A stretch of DNA of 64,000 nucleotides from an uncultured Oscillospiraceae bacterium (lineage in GTDB: Bacteria > Bacillota > Clostridia > Oscillospirales > SIG627): contig CAZLEX010000004.1 of assembly GCA_964558655.1 (NCBI GenBank), forward strand, positions 6,796 through 70,795, given 5' to 3'. Positions 27,802-36,903 of the stretch are shown here, piece after piece. The number at the start of each line of letters is the position of its first letter. Positions within the stretch are counted from its first letter, which is position 1. The notes beneath the pieces were generated by a model. It worked only from the letters and a program-made list of their open reading frames with translations, was not told where the DNA came from and ran no database searches. Made by a program: the position numbers and the translations under genes.

Positions 27802-27838
27802 ACCGTCACCTCAAATATTCACAATTTTTTCTTATCTA

Positions 27839-27867
27839 ATTATAACCCGTACAATTATTGTTGTCAA
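27839..27867 (-). promoter_or_regulatory. rhaB promoter TTGACA-17-TATAAT
   Basis: Minus strand -35 at 27862-27867 and -10 at 27839-27844. Confidence 0.6.
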
Positions 27868-27879
27868 GTATCAACAATA
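27856..27879. promoter_or_regulatory. inverted repeat overlapping the rhaB -35 (candidate operator)
   Basis: TATTGTTG-N8-CAACAATA with perfect 8-bp arms. Confidence 0.4.
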
Positions 27880-27904
27880 GATTAAACAAGTTTCATCATT
27901 TTTT

Positions 27905-28762
27905 TCACAGTATATACGCCGAATAAGAAACCACCTTCTCTTTTCTGAGAACTTCAAGAGCATTTTCGGCATCAGTACGCTTTTCGAAAAGCCCGAATAC
28001 CGTCGGACCGGCTCCCGTCATCTGAGATGCAAATGCACCGAGAGAGTATATTTTATTACGAAGCTTTTCAACCTCCGGAGTTGCCGCAAAGATATTTTTT
28101 TCAAAAACATTACACATAGATTTTCGGAGAAATTCATTATCTCCGTCTTTCAAAGCTTGAACAACGCCTGAATGTGAACCGGTAAATTCAACCGGATTAA
28201 CATCAAAATCTGCATATACAGATGATGTTGAAACTTTTACGGCATTTTTTGCCACAACTGCATAAATTCTTTTTTTTTCGAACGAAAACGGTGTTATTTT
28301 TTCTCCTCTTCCCTCGCAAACAGCACTTGTATCCGTAAGGCAAAACGGCACATCGGATCCCAAAGAGGCGGCAAGGTTTTCACGGCTTTTTTCATCAAGT
28401 TTTCCGAAAAGATTCTCCATACACTTTATGACGGCGGCGGCATCCGTACTTCCTCCGCCCATTCCGCTGTTTGTCGGAATTATTTTTTTTAATTCTATTT
28501 TAACACCCGCATTTTTTATTCCGCACAATTCAAAAAACTTTTTTGCGGCTAAAACGCACAAATTTTTATCATTGTTTTTCAAATACGGAGCATTTGATTG
28601 AAAATCTATGACACCTTCATCGGTTTTTGAAACTAAAAGCTCATCAAACAAAGATATATGTGACATAACCGATGTCAGAGAATGATATCCGTCATCCCGC
28701 TTTGCACCGATTTCGAGAGTAAGATTAATTTTTGCGGGAGCACGCATTTTTATACAATGCAT
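27905..28762 (-). CDS. ispE: 4-diphosphocytidyl-2-C-methyl-D-erythritol kinase
   Basis: APAKINLTLEIGAKRDDGYH and the GHMP motif GMGGGSTDAAA. Confidence 0.9.
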   Translation of the reverse strand: MHCIKMRAPAKINLTLEIGAKRDDGYHSLTSVMSHISLFDELLVSKTDEGVIDFQSNAPYLKNNDKNLCVLAAKKFFELCGIKNAGVKIELKKIIPTNSGMGGGSTDAAAVIKCMENLFGKLDEKSRENLAASLGSDVPFCLTDTSAVCEGRGEKITPFSFEKKRIYAVVAKNAVKVSTSSVYADFDVNPVEFTGSHSGVVQALKDGDNEFLRKSMCNVFEKNIFAATPEVEKLRNKIYSLGAFASQMTGAGPTVFGLFEKRTDAENALEVLRKEKVVSYSAYIL

Positions 28763-29538
28763 TAGTTTTCCTTCTTTTTACCAAATTTGATTTTGTTCTC
28801 GGTACGGTTCATAAGACGCTTGATATTCGAACGGTGCATGACAATAATAATAACCGCAATCAAAACGGAAACAGTAATTGAAAGAAATCCGTTACTCTGC
28901 GAAAACGCATTTTGCAAAAGCGGAAAAAAGAATGCACATATAACCGAACCCAAAGAAATATATTTTGACCACGCAACAATCAATACAAAAAGTGCCAAAA
29001 GAAATACGAAAACTGTAGGTTCAAGCGTAAGAATTGTCACCGCCGCGACCACTACTCCCTTACCGCCGCGAAATTTATAGTATATCGGAAAAATATGACC
29101 GAGTATACAAAATAGCCCTGCAAGATATGCACCGCCTTCACCCATTAAAATCATACCCGCCAATACCGATACTGCTCCTTTGACTCCATCGAAAATCAAT
29201 GTCAAAACGCCTGCTTTTGTTCCATAGGTACGCAACATATTGGTAGCACCGGCATTTCCGCTGCCGTGCAATCTCACATCATCTTTATAAACAAGTTTCG
29301 AAAGTATAAGTGCAAAATTCAAACTTCCTACAAGATATCCGAAAAAAGCCGAAAAAAGAAGTGTTGCGACAACGATCCACCCTCCTTCCAACTGTGCTGC
29401 CCTTATAAACATATTGTCAAAAGTAAACTGCCTCACAAATTCTCCTGTTTCCGGATTTTTTGAAGCATACGGTAGACCGTACTTTTCTATAAAATGCCAA
29501 AGCACCAGCCCATAACTTTTTATCAATGCCACATTCAT
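28762..29538 (-). CDS. plsY: glycerol-3-phosphate acyltransferase PlsY (with a ~55-aa N-terminal extension if the coupled start is used)
   Basis: HGSGNAGATN motif and multiple TM helices. The ATG at 29538 overlaps the der stop (ATGA). An alternative ATG lies at 29412. Confidence 0.88.
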   Translation of the reverse strand: MNVALIKSYGLVLWHFIEKYGLPYASKNPETGEFVRQFTFDNMFIRAAQLEGGWIVVATLLFSAFFGYLVGSLNFALILSKLVYKDDVRLHGSGNAGATNMLRTYGTKAGVLTLIFDGVKGAVSVLAGMILMGEGGAYLAGLFCILGHIFPIYYKFRGGKGVVVAAVTILTLEPTVFVFLLALFVLIVAWSKYISLGSVICAFFFPLLQNAFSQSNGFLSITVSVLIAVIIIVMHRSNIKRLMNRTENKIKFGKKKEN

Positions 29539-30863
29539 TCCCTGTCACCTCTTTCACGAATAATAAGACGAATAGGTGTCCCCGCAAATCCGAATGTTTT
29601 TCTCAAACAATTTTCTATATATCTTTGATATGAAAAATGAAAAAGCTCGGCATTGTTACAAAAAATGACAAATGTAGGAGGCTTTACACCTACCTGCGTA
29701 ATATAATATATTTTCAAAAATCTGCCTTTATCACTTGGCGGCTGAACACGGCTTGTTGCATCAGACAAAACTTCATTGAGCATTCCGGTAGAAATTCTTG
29801 TTGAACTTTGCATATGAATGTAATTAATTTCTCCGAAAAGCTTATCGACTCTTTGCCCGGTTTTTGCCGAAATAAAATGAATCGGAGCATATGTCATGTA
29901 TGAGAGAGAATTATAAACTTTTTCCGTAAACTGTTTATGAGTTGAATTATCCTTTTCGACCGTATCCCACTTGTTTACACAAATAATCGACGCCTTACCC
30001 GCTTCATGTGCAAGTCCGGCTATCCTCTCATCCTGTGCTGTAACTCCCTCTGCAGCATCTATCATTATAATGCAGACATCACTTCTTTCAAGTGCCAAAT
30101 TTGCACGGAGAACACTGTATTTTTCTATGGCATCTTCAATTTTTGCTTGACGCCTTATGCCTGCTGTATCGATAAAAACATACTTTCCGTATTCATTAAC
30201 AATTTCGGAATCCACCGCATCTCTCGTTGTACCGGCTATTTCCGAAACTATAACTCTGTCCTCACCGAGTATGCGATTTACAAGAGAACTTTTTCCCGCA
30301 TTCGGCTTTCCTATTACGGCAACCCTTATGAAATCGTCATTATCTTCTTCCTCTTCTTTTTCGGGGAAATAAGAAATAACCTCGTCAAGTATATCTCCCG
30401 TACCGGTTCCGTGAATCGAAGAAACGGCAATAGGATCCGTATTAAATCCAAGCTCGTAAAACTCATAAAAAGCAAGAGGCGGATCACCTATGCGATCGCA
30501 TTTATTCACCGCAAGTACGACCGGCTTCTGCGACTTTTTCAAAAGCGAAGCTATTTCCCTATCCTGTGCTGTGACTCCGGCTGTAACATCGGTAATCATG
30601 ATAATAACATCTGCAGAGTCTATAGCAATCTGTGCCTGAGTAAAAATATGTTTCAAAATCACATCATCTGTTTTCGGTTCTATTCCGCCTGTATCTATGA
30701 TGGTCATACTTCTGCCTGACCACTCTGTTTCAAAATAAATTCTGTCTCTTGTTACTCCAGGAATATCCTCTACAATAGCGACTCTCTGTCCTGATATTTT
30801 ATTGAAAAATGTACTTTTTCCTACATTCGGCCTGCCCACTATCGCCACAACCGGTTTTGCCAT
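29535..30863 (-). CDS. der: ribosome-associated GTPase Der/EngA
   Basis: Two G domains (GRPNVGKST, GKPNAGKSS) and a KH-like C-terminus. ATG at 30861-30863 follows GGGAGTG. Confidence 0.95.
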   Translation of the reverse strand: MAKPVVAIVGRPNVGKSTFFNKISGQRVAIVEDIPGVTRDRIYFETEWSGRSMTIIDTGGIEPKTDDVILKHIFTQAQIAIDSADVIIMITDVTAGVTAQDREIASLLKKSQKPVVLAVNKCDRIGDPPLAFYEFYELGFNTDPIAVSSIHGTGTGDILDEVISYFPEKEEEEDNDDFIRVAVIGKPNAGKSSLVNRILGEDRVIVSEIAGTTRDAVDSEIVNEYGKYVFIDTAGIRRQAKIEDAIEKYSVLRANLALERSDVCIIMIDAAEGVTAQDERIAGLAHEAGKASIICVNKWDTVEKDNSTHKQFTEKVYNSLSYMTYAPIHFISAKTGQRVDKLFGEINYIHMQSSTRISTGMLNEVLSDATSRVQPPSDKGRFLKIYYITQVGVKPPTFVIFCNNAELFHFSYQRYIENCLRKTFGFAGTPIRLIIRERGDRE

Positions 30864-30868
30864 TTTTC

Positions 30869-32209
30869 TCACTCCCATTCCGTAATTTTATAAAGGAAAT
30901 CGCTGTCGCTGTCGGTCGGTACAACCTTAACTTCAAGTGCCTTTTCCATATCTTCCGTGCTTAATCCGTCAAGAAAAATATCTCCTTCATGACGAAGTGC
31001 CGCAGACGGAATAAACAAATGCGTACCGAGATTTTTGCCTTTAAGCTGTTCTATAATATCCGTACCGGTCAAAAGTCCGGATACGGTAACGCTTTCACCG
31101 TAAAAATTATTTTTTATAACATAAACATTACAGTCAATATTTTTAAATGTTTCGCAAATCTTTTTGACAAGAAAAGAAATATGTTCACCGGCAGCAACAC
31201 CGGTAGCCACACTGACACAGCGTTCGGAATCGAAATTTCCACCTTGCTCCTTTAAAAATTCGATTTCGGAAAGTACATCGTTCTGCATAGATCTGATCAT
31301 ACCCACACCGTTTTCAAGCTGAGGATATCCCTCATAATATTCTTCATCGGGAATTTCAAGTCCTGCCGTAAGATAAAACTCATCGGAAACAAACACACAC
31401 CGTACGCTATATTTTTGAAGAAATTCATCTCCTATCGCATTTACCGTTTCTATAACTTCTTTTGCTTCGTCACGGCTGAAAGGTTTAAGCGGATAAAGAC
31501 CGTGACGGAATTTGGTAAGCCCTACAGGTACAATCGCAATACTTGTAAGACGGGGAATAAACCGTTCAAGATCTCTGAGGGTTCTTTTCAGATAATCTCC
31601 GTCGTTTACCCCGCGACACAAAACTATCTGTGCATTCAATTCAAGCCCGCCGTCATACAAAATTTGCATCTGCTCAAGTATGCGTCCCGCAAAACGATTT
31701 CCAAGCATCATACAACGCATCTCCGGATCCGTTACCTGAACCGATACATTTACCGGAGAAATATGCATTTTGCATAACCGATGCAATTCTTCATCTTTCA
31801 CGTTCGTAAGGGTGACATAATTCCCGAAAAGGAAAGAAAGGCGTGTATCATCATCTTTAAAATAAATTCCCTCTCTCATTCCGTGCGGATTTTGATCGAT
31901 GAAACAAAAAATACAATTATTGGCACATCTTTGCTGCTTATCCATAAGAAATGTTTCAAATTCAAGCCCGATATCATCGTATTCGCCTTTTTTTATACTT
32001 GTGCTGTAAGAAAATCCGTCTGCTCTAATCAATTCCAATTTCAATTTTTTTTCGTATAAATAAAATCGAAAATCAAGTACATCTCGTATTTTGTTACCGT
32101 TTATTGAAACAAGGCTATCGCCTGCCATAATGCCGGCGCGCTCGGCTAACGATCCCGACACAACTTTAAAAATTCGAACCACAACAGCTGCTCCTTTTTT
32201 GATTTTCAC
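30869..32209 (-). CDS. DUF512 radical-SAM protein with an N-terminal PDZ domain
   Basis: CX3CX2C motif CANNCIFC. The N-terminus is PDZ-like. A position upstream of der is typical for this family in Clostridia. Confidence 0.8.
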   Translation of the reverse strand: MKIKKGAAVVVRIFKVVSGSLAERAGIMAGDSLVSINGNKIRDVLDFRFYLYEKKLKLELIRADGFSYSTSIKKGEYDDIGLEFETFLMDKQQRCANNCIFCFIDQNPHGMREGIYFKDDDTRLSFLFGNYVTLTNVKDEELHRLCKMHISPVNVSVQVTDPEMRCMMLGNRFAGRILEQMQILYDGGLELNAQIVLCRGVNDGDYLKRTLRDLERFIPRLTSIAIVPVGLTKFRHGLYPLKPFSRDEAKEVIETVNAIGDEFLQKYSVRCVFVSDEFYLTAGLEIPDEEYYEGYPQLENGVGMIRSMQNDVLSEIEFLKEQGGNFDSERCVSVATGVAAGEHISFLVKKICETFKNIDCNVYVIKNNFYGESVTVSGLLTGTDIIEQLKGKNLGTHLFIPSAALRHEGDIFLDGLSTEDMEKALEVKVVPTDSDSDFLYKITEWE

Positions 32210-32294
32210 TCTTTACTTACACTCTTGTATAAACCGCCCGAAAGTATTTACACTCAAAACAATTTAACACTGTAATTGTTTATAATTACCGTTT

Positions 32295-32330
32295 AAAAAA
32301 ATGTGCCACACCCAAAAAGGCATGGCACAT
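32295..32330 (-). terminator. intrinsic terminator after rpmF
   Basis: Minus strand: ATGTGCCA-loop-TGGCACAT followed by T7. Confidence 0.75.
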
Positions 32331-32358
32331 CCTTTGTCATTCAAACCAAGCTTGCGGA

Positions 32359-32538
32359 TTAGTCCTGCTTAATGACTTCCTTGCCATTATAAGAACCGCA
32401 GTTTGAGCAAACTCTGTGAGGAAGGTTGTATTCTCCGCACTTTGAGCATACGGACATTCCCGGAACCTTAAGTTTCCACACACTGGATCTTCTCTTGTTC
32501 TGTCTTTGACTTGATACTTTTCTCTTCGGTACTGCCAT
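32359..32538 (-). CDS. rpmF: 50S ribosomal protein L32
   Basis: [17 protein letters not shown]...[21 protein letters not shown] follows GAGGAGGTG. Confidence 0.95.
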   Translation of the reverse strand: MAVPKRKVSSQRQNKRRSSVWKLKVPGMSVCSKCGEYNLPHRVCSNCGSYNGKEVIKQD

Positions 32539-32587
32539 CTTACTTGACACCTCCTCATTCTACTATACTAATAAATCTTTAAACTAT

Positions 32588-33106
32588 CTACTCCTCATCA
32601 AAAAAGCTTTCCAAAACCTTCCAACGAGGATCTTTCTCCTGCAAAACACATTTACACTCCGCAACATTTCGGTCAATACCGCAAACGGGGCAAAGCCCGG
32701 CACAGTCATCCCGACACAAATGTGACATCGGCAAATTCAGAAAGAAATTCTCTCTGACAAGTTCTGACAGGTTGATTTTCCCTTCTTCAGGGATAATATA
32801 CTCATCATTGTCCATATTCTCAAGAGTCTCGGCAATAGGCGCCTTTATCCTGTGACGCATTACACGCTCAACGGGTGCAAGGCATCTCGAACAATGAGTG
32901 CTGTACTCAACAGTCATTTCGGCATCCAGCTCCATATAGCCGGACATATTAACCGCATGACCTTTGATACAGGCGGGACTCTCTACCGCAATTTGCTCTG
33001 CATCCAGCTCGGGTGACAGAACAACATCGAACTTTAATTCACGGATTTCCCCACGGAGCAACCCTGTAACATCTAACAAAGAAGAATTTTGAATTGTACT
33101 ATCCAT
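32588..33106 (-). CDS. DUF177 / YceD-family protein
   Basis: ATG at 33104-33106 follows GGAGGA. The C-terminal Cys cluster is CRDDCAGLCPVCG...C.C. The pairing with rpmF is conserved. Confidence 0.85.
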   Translation of the reverse strand: MDSTIQNSSLLDVTGLLRGEIRELKFDVVLSPELDAEQIAVESPACIKGHAVNMSGYMELDAEMTVEYSTHCSRCLAPVERVMRHRIKAPIAETLENMDNDEYIIPEEGKINLSELVRENFFLNLPMSHLCRDDCAGLCPVCGIDRNVAECKCVLQEKDPRWKVLESFFDEE

Positions 33107-33145
33107 ATATCCTCCTTCGGTCATGTGCGAAAAACTGCAAAGTAC

Positions 33146-33174
33146 ATTATACACATATATGCGAGTTTTGTCAA
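33146..33174 (-). promoter_or_regulatory. promoter TTGACA-17-TGtgTATAAT for the DUF177-rpmF operon
   Basis: Minus strand -35 at 33169-33174 and -10 at 33146-33151. Confidence 0.6.
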
Positions 33175-33192
33175 CATTTTTTTGAAAATTTC

Positions 33193-34938
33193 TTAATTCG
33201 CTTCAGAAGATGCTTTTGCTTCCTCAAGAGCAGTCTTAACCTCTTCATATCCGGAAAGTTTCGCTTTTGTGAAAATCTTGTACCCGAAAATCGAAGATTC
33301 TACATTTTTAAGTTTCTTAGACTGCATATAATTCGTAACATTAAAAGTCAGCGGGACAATCGGGCATTCGTCAAGAAGCATTTCTTCGGCTTTGTGAAGA
33401 AGACTGCATCTGGTTTTGTTATCTCCGACTGTGTTAAAAATTTCATCTATGAGAGCATTGTACTCGGCATTGTCAAAACCTGTAATGTGAGGTGTGCTTG
33501 TGTCTGTTGTCTGTTCGATATTGATAACACTACCGCTGTATTCACGAGCAAACGGTGCAAGGAAAGAAAACGCATCTGTCGTAAGTCCCTGATAGTCGAT
33601 ACCCACTACATCAAACTGTCCCGCATACAATGCATTTTGGAAAAGCTGTGTTCCTTTGCCTTCAGTGGAAACTTTAAATCCGAGTTCGCTCCACACGCTC
33701 TTGACATATTCGGCAATCGCAATATCGGCTTCGTCTTGTGTATGCAAGATGGTGAACGAATAATCGGACGGATTAATGCCGGATTCCGAAAGAAGCTGTT
33801 TTGCTTTTTCAAGGTTGGCCGAAGTATCTATGACATCTCCGCCTACTTTGCGGAAAGATTTACTCGACTTTGCGTCATGAACTCCGTAAGTAACAAGTCC
33901 TGTCGCGGGTTTGGTTCCTTTCCCCACAAGCTCTTGTGCTATATAGTCCCTGTCAAGTGCAACACTCAGCGCCTGTCTCACCGACTTATTGTCAAAAGGA
34001 GCTTTTGTTGTATTGAAGAGATAAGTATAAGCGGAAAGTAAATCTTCCGTATCTATTTCCTTTTCATATTCATCATACGCTTCTTTGGAAAAAGAACTTA
34101 TATAAAACAGAAGTCCGTCTTCCCAAGCCTGAAGTCTTTCCTCTTCCGTCTGAGAAAAATCAATCGGGAACTGATACGGTTTTACAACTTTCCATTCCTT
34201 TGAATCCCCTTCGGGATCACGCATATATGATGCGTTTCGCTGAAAAGTAACGGATTCCTTACCGGCATCTGTAACGAAATTCTTAATAGTCAAAGGTCCG
34301 CTTGATGAAAAATTATCACTGCTTTGTGCCCATGTGCTTTCATTTCCCGAAACAAGATCTTCACGCATCGGAACAAGTGCGGGACTTGCAACGGTTTCAA
34401 GGAAAAGATCTTCATCAAACGGTCCGTCAAACTCTATTTTCAAAAGAGTAGACGATTCGGCATATATTCCGAGATCGTCAGCCGTAACTTCTCCGGATTT
34501 AAATTCTTTGGCATTTTTTATACCGTAAAGTAAACACGCGGCAGGACTGTTTGTGGACGGCGACAAAACACGACGCCACGCATAAACAAAATCATCTGCC
34601 TGAACAAGTCTTCTGTCATCCCAGCTTGTTTCATCGTCAAGCTCGAAAAACATATAATACTCTCCGCGTTCTTCATCTATCTTGGTATACCACTTCTTTG
34701 CCAAGCCTTTCTTAACATCGCCGTCATCATCAAGATAAGTAAGTCCCTGATACAAAATTCCCGTGTTAAGAACCGTCTCTGCCTGATAAATCATGGGAAC
34801 CGGATCGTAGTTTCTTATATTTTTGGAAACATATATCGGAATGACCGCACCTTTGTCATTGCTGTCACGCTTAGAACATCCGGTAAAAACCGAAAGTACA
34901 AAAAGTACTGCGAGTGCCAACGCTACTACTCTTTTCAT
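33193..34938 (-). CDS. ABC transporter substrate-binding lipoprotein, family 5 (OppA/DppA-like), orphan
   Basis: 581 aa with lipobox VFTGC. Has SBP_bac_5-like features. No permease or ATPase genes are adjacent. Confidence 0.8.
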   Translation of the reverse strand: MKRVVALALAVLFVLSVFTGCSKRDSNDKGAVIPIYVSKNIRNYDPVPMIYQAETVLNTGILYQGLTYLDDDGDVKKGLAKKWYTKIDEERGEYYMFFELDDETSWDDRRLVQADDFVYAWRRVLSPSTNSPAACLLYGIKNAKEFKSGEVTADDLGIYAESSTLLKIEFDGPFDEDLFLETVASPALVPMREDLVSGNESTWAQSSDNFSSSGPLTIKNFVTDAGKESVTFQRNASYMRDPEGDSKEWKVVKPYQFPIDFSQTEEERLQAWEDGLLFYISSFSKEAYDEYEKEIDTEDLLSAYTYLFNTTKAPFDNKSVRQALSVALDRDYIAQELVGKGTKPATGLVTYGVHDAKSSKSFRKVGGDVIDTSANLEKAKQLLSESGINPSDYSFTILHTQDEADIAIAEYVKSVWSELGFKVSTEGKGTQLFQNALYAGQFDVVGIDYQGLTTDAFSFLAPFAREYSGSVINIEQTTDTSTPHITGFDNAEYNALIDEIFNTVGDNKTRCSLLHKAEEMLLDECPIVPLTFNVTNYMQSKKLKNVESSIFGYKIFTKAKLSGYEEVKTALEEAKASSEAN

Positions 34939-35121
34939 TTAATAACCTCCTGTGAAATGTCCGTAACTTGTTAAATACTTTTCATAATATCTCACCGTCC
35001 ATTATAACACAAAAGCCTTTTTTTATCAATCACAATTTTAAACTTTCCTCTATTTGCACAATAATTTTTTCGTTATTTTGGCAAAATTAACAACATTTTT
35101 TAAAACTACGGTACAAAAAGT

Positions 35122-35144
35122 ACGGATTTTGTATCCGTTTTTTT
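35122..35144. terminator. isolated terminator-like hairpin in an intergenic region
   Basis: ACGGAT-tttgt-ATCCGT followed by T7 on the plus strand, with an A-run upstream. No CDS ends here. Confidence 0.4.
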
Positions 35145-35155
35145 AGAATAAAGCT

Positions 35156-35184
35156 TTCACTGCGACAGATTTTCGGCATATAAT
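35156..35184 (+). promoter_or_regulatory. candidate promoter TTCACT-17-TATAAT
   Basis: Hexamers at 35156-35161 and 35179-35184, 62 nt upstream of the Cys-rich ORF. Confidence 0.45.
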
Positions 35185-35245
35185 AACAGCGAGTATGCGA
35201 ATTTTTACAGCGTGTACCGAATTTTATGCAGAAAGGAGAGCCGTC

Positions 35246-35731
35246 ATGATACAGCGACTTTTATGCCGCCTTTTAGGCGTGTGTCCCGTATGCTGTCAAA
35301 AAAGCACATACTGTCAGTCAAATTCTTGTCCCTCATGTTCACAAAGCGGAGAAAATGTTTCCTGCCTGTGCCGAAACGCCGGATGTTCCCCGTGTGACCT
35401 TGACGGACATGATATAAGGAATCTCTGCTGGGTGAATGTTCCCATATGTGACTGTGAACTTGATGATATTCCGGAACTTCTTCAAAACGGTTTTGAAGAA
35501 TGGCGTCTCGATCCGGTTTCCGTCTGTGCAAAATTTTTAAGTTCTTCTGCCGTCCCCTGCGATTTCAAAGGCAAACCGGCATTTTTAAAGTGCAAAAAAT
35601 GCATTTCCGGCAAAACTTATGTTTTGCTCGGAGTTTCATGCGTCGGAGAAGTTGCATTTGAGCTTGACTCAAAAAAATTTTGTTCAGGCAAAAAAATTTA
35701 TACTGTGTGTCGGGTATCGTACATTTGCTGA
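35246..35731 (+). CDS. cysteine-rich hypothetical protein (161 aa, 22 Cys)
   Basis: ATG at 35246 lies 7 nt after AAAGGAGAG. It has its own promoter-like hexamers and is followed by a strong terminator. I recognise no signal peptide, TM helix or family. Confidence 0.65.
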   Translation: MIQRLLCRLLGVCPVCCQKSTYCQSNSCPSCSQSGENVSCLCRNAGCSPCDLDGHDIRNLCWVNVPICDCELDDIPELLQNGFEEWRLDPVSVCAKFLSSSAVPCDFKGKPAFLKCKKCISGKTYVLLGVSCVGEVAFELDSKKFCSGKKIYTVCRVSYIC

Positions 35732-35732
35732 C

Positions 35733-35770
35733 AAAAAAACGGTTTTGCCGAAAAGCAAAACCGTTTTTTA
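35733..35770. terminator. bidirectional intrinsic terminator (Cys-rich ORF / fba)
   Basis: A7-CGGTTTTGC-cgaaaa-GCAAAACCG-T6. Confidence 0.8.
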
Positions 35771-35780
35771 TTTCTTATCT

Positions 35781-36710
35781 TTATGCCTTATCTTTTGAGC
35801 CAAGTACATTTACAATCTTATGAGTAACGAGACGGCGTACATTATCCCTTGAAACGGAAAGATATGTTCTGGGATCAAACACTGACGGATCTTTAACGAA
35901 AGTTTCCCGTATACCCGCAGTGAACGCCAAACGGATATCCGAATCGATATTTATTTTACATACAGCCATAGAAGCCGCACGCCTGAGAAGATCTTCCGGA
36001 ACGCCCTTTGCGTCTGCCATAGCTCCTCCGTACTGATTTATGGTATTTACAAATTCTTCGTTTACGCTGGAAGCACCGTGAAGAACAATGGGGAATTCGG
36101 GAAGTCTCTTGCTGATTTCTTCGAGAATATCAAAACGAAGCTTTGCTTCTCCCTTGAATTTGTAAGCACCGTGACTGGTTCCAATGGCAATTGCGAGAGA
36201 GTCGACACCGGTTCTTTCAACAAAAGCCTCAACTTCTGCGGGATTTGTATACATCGCATCTTCAGCCGACACTTTTACATCGTCTTCAATTCCGGAAAGT
36301 TTGCCAAGTTCTCCCTCAACCGTAACGCCGTGTGCGTGTGCATACTCAACAACTTTGCGTGTGAGTGCAACATTATCGTCAAAATCAAAATGAGAACCGT
36401 CAATCATAACAGATGTAAACCCGTTATCAATGCAGGCCTTGCAAATTTCAAAATCAGCCCCGTGATCAAGGTGAAGAGCGAAATCAATTCCGGAATCTTC
36501 AGCAGCGGCTTTTGCCAACCCCATAAGATATGCAGGCTTTGCGTATTTTCTCGCCCCCGCCGACGCTTGAAGAATTACAGGAGACTTCTGTTCCGCAGCA
36601 GCCTCGACAATAGCCTGAATAATTTCCATGTTATTGATGTTAAATGCTCCGACAGCATATCCGCCGTGATACGCCTTGTTAAGCATTTCTTTAGTATTGA
36701 TAAGTCCCAT
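35781..36710 (-). CDS. fba: class II fructose-1,6-bisphosphate aldolase
   Basis: GAFNINNMEI, HLDHG and GTSHGAYKF. I prefer the ATG at 36708-36710. Confidence 0.93.
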   Translation of the reverse strand: MGLINTKEMLNKAYHGGYAVGAFNINNMEIIQAIVEAAAEQKSPVILQASAGARKYAKPAYLMGLAKAAAEDSGIDFALHLDHGADFEICKACIDNGFTSVMIDGSHFDFDDNVALTRKVVEYAHAHGVTVEGELGKLSGIEDDVKVSAEDAMYTNPAEVEAFVERTGVDSLAIAIGTSHGAYKFKGEAKLRFDILEEISKRLPEFPIVLHGASSVNEEFVNTINQYGGAMADAKGVPEDLLRRAASMAVCKINIDSDIRLAFTAGIRETFVKDPSVFDPRTYLSVSRDNVRRLVTHKIVNVLGSKDKA

Positions 36711-36754
36711 AACAGACACCATCCTTTTCTTTTTGTTTGATAATTTACATTTAT

Positions 36755-36783
36755 ATGATAATATAACTTTGCGGTAAAGTCAA
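36755..36783 (-). promoter_or_regulatory. fba promoter TTGACT-17-TATCAT
   Basis: Minus strand -35 at 36778-36783 and -10 at 36755-36760. Confidence 0.5.
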
Positions 36784-36874
36784 GAAATTAATGCAAAAAA
36801 AACCATTTTTATTAAAACTTTAACATTTTTTTGCAAACATACCTCAACTTTAAGCTAAATATGCACAATTTCTT

Positions 36875-36903
36875 TTGACATTTTAATTATTCTGTGTTAA
36901 AAT
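36875..36903 (+). promoter_or_regulatory. ruvCAB promoter TTGACA-17-TGtTAAAAT
   Basis: Hexamers at 36875-36880 and 36898-36903. Confidence 0.6.

Noticed and set aside
33094-34041. 315-aa plus-strand ORF. Similar long ORFs lie at 20808..21476, 30006..30719, 36078..36740, 38845..39369 and 51822..52478.
   Set aside because: Each lies antisense to a strongly recognisable gene (the OppA-like gene, pnp, der, fba, ruvB/rnj, the lipoprotein gene). Each has odd composition rich in Cys, Phe, Arg or Ser and no convincing RBS. They are shadow ORFs of the real genes.
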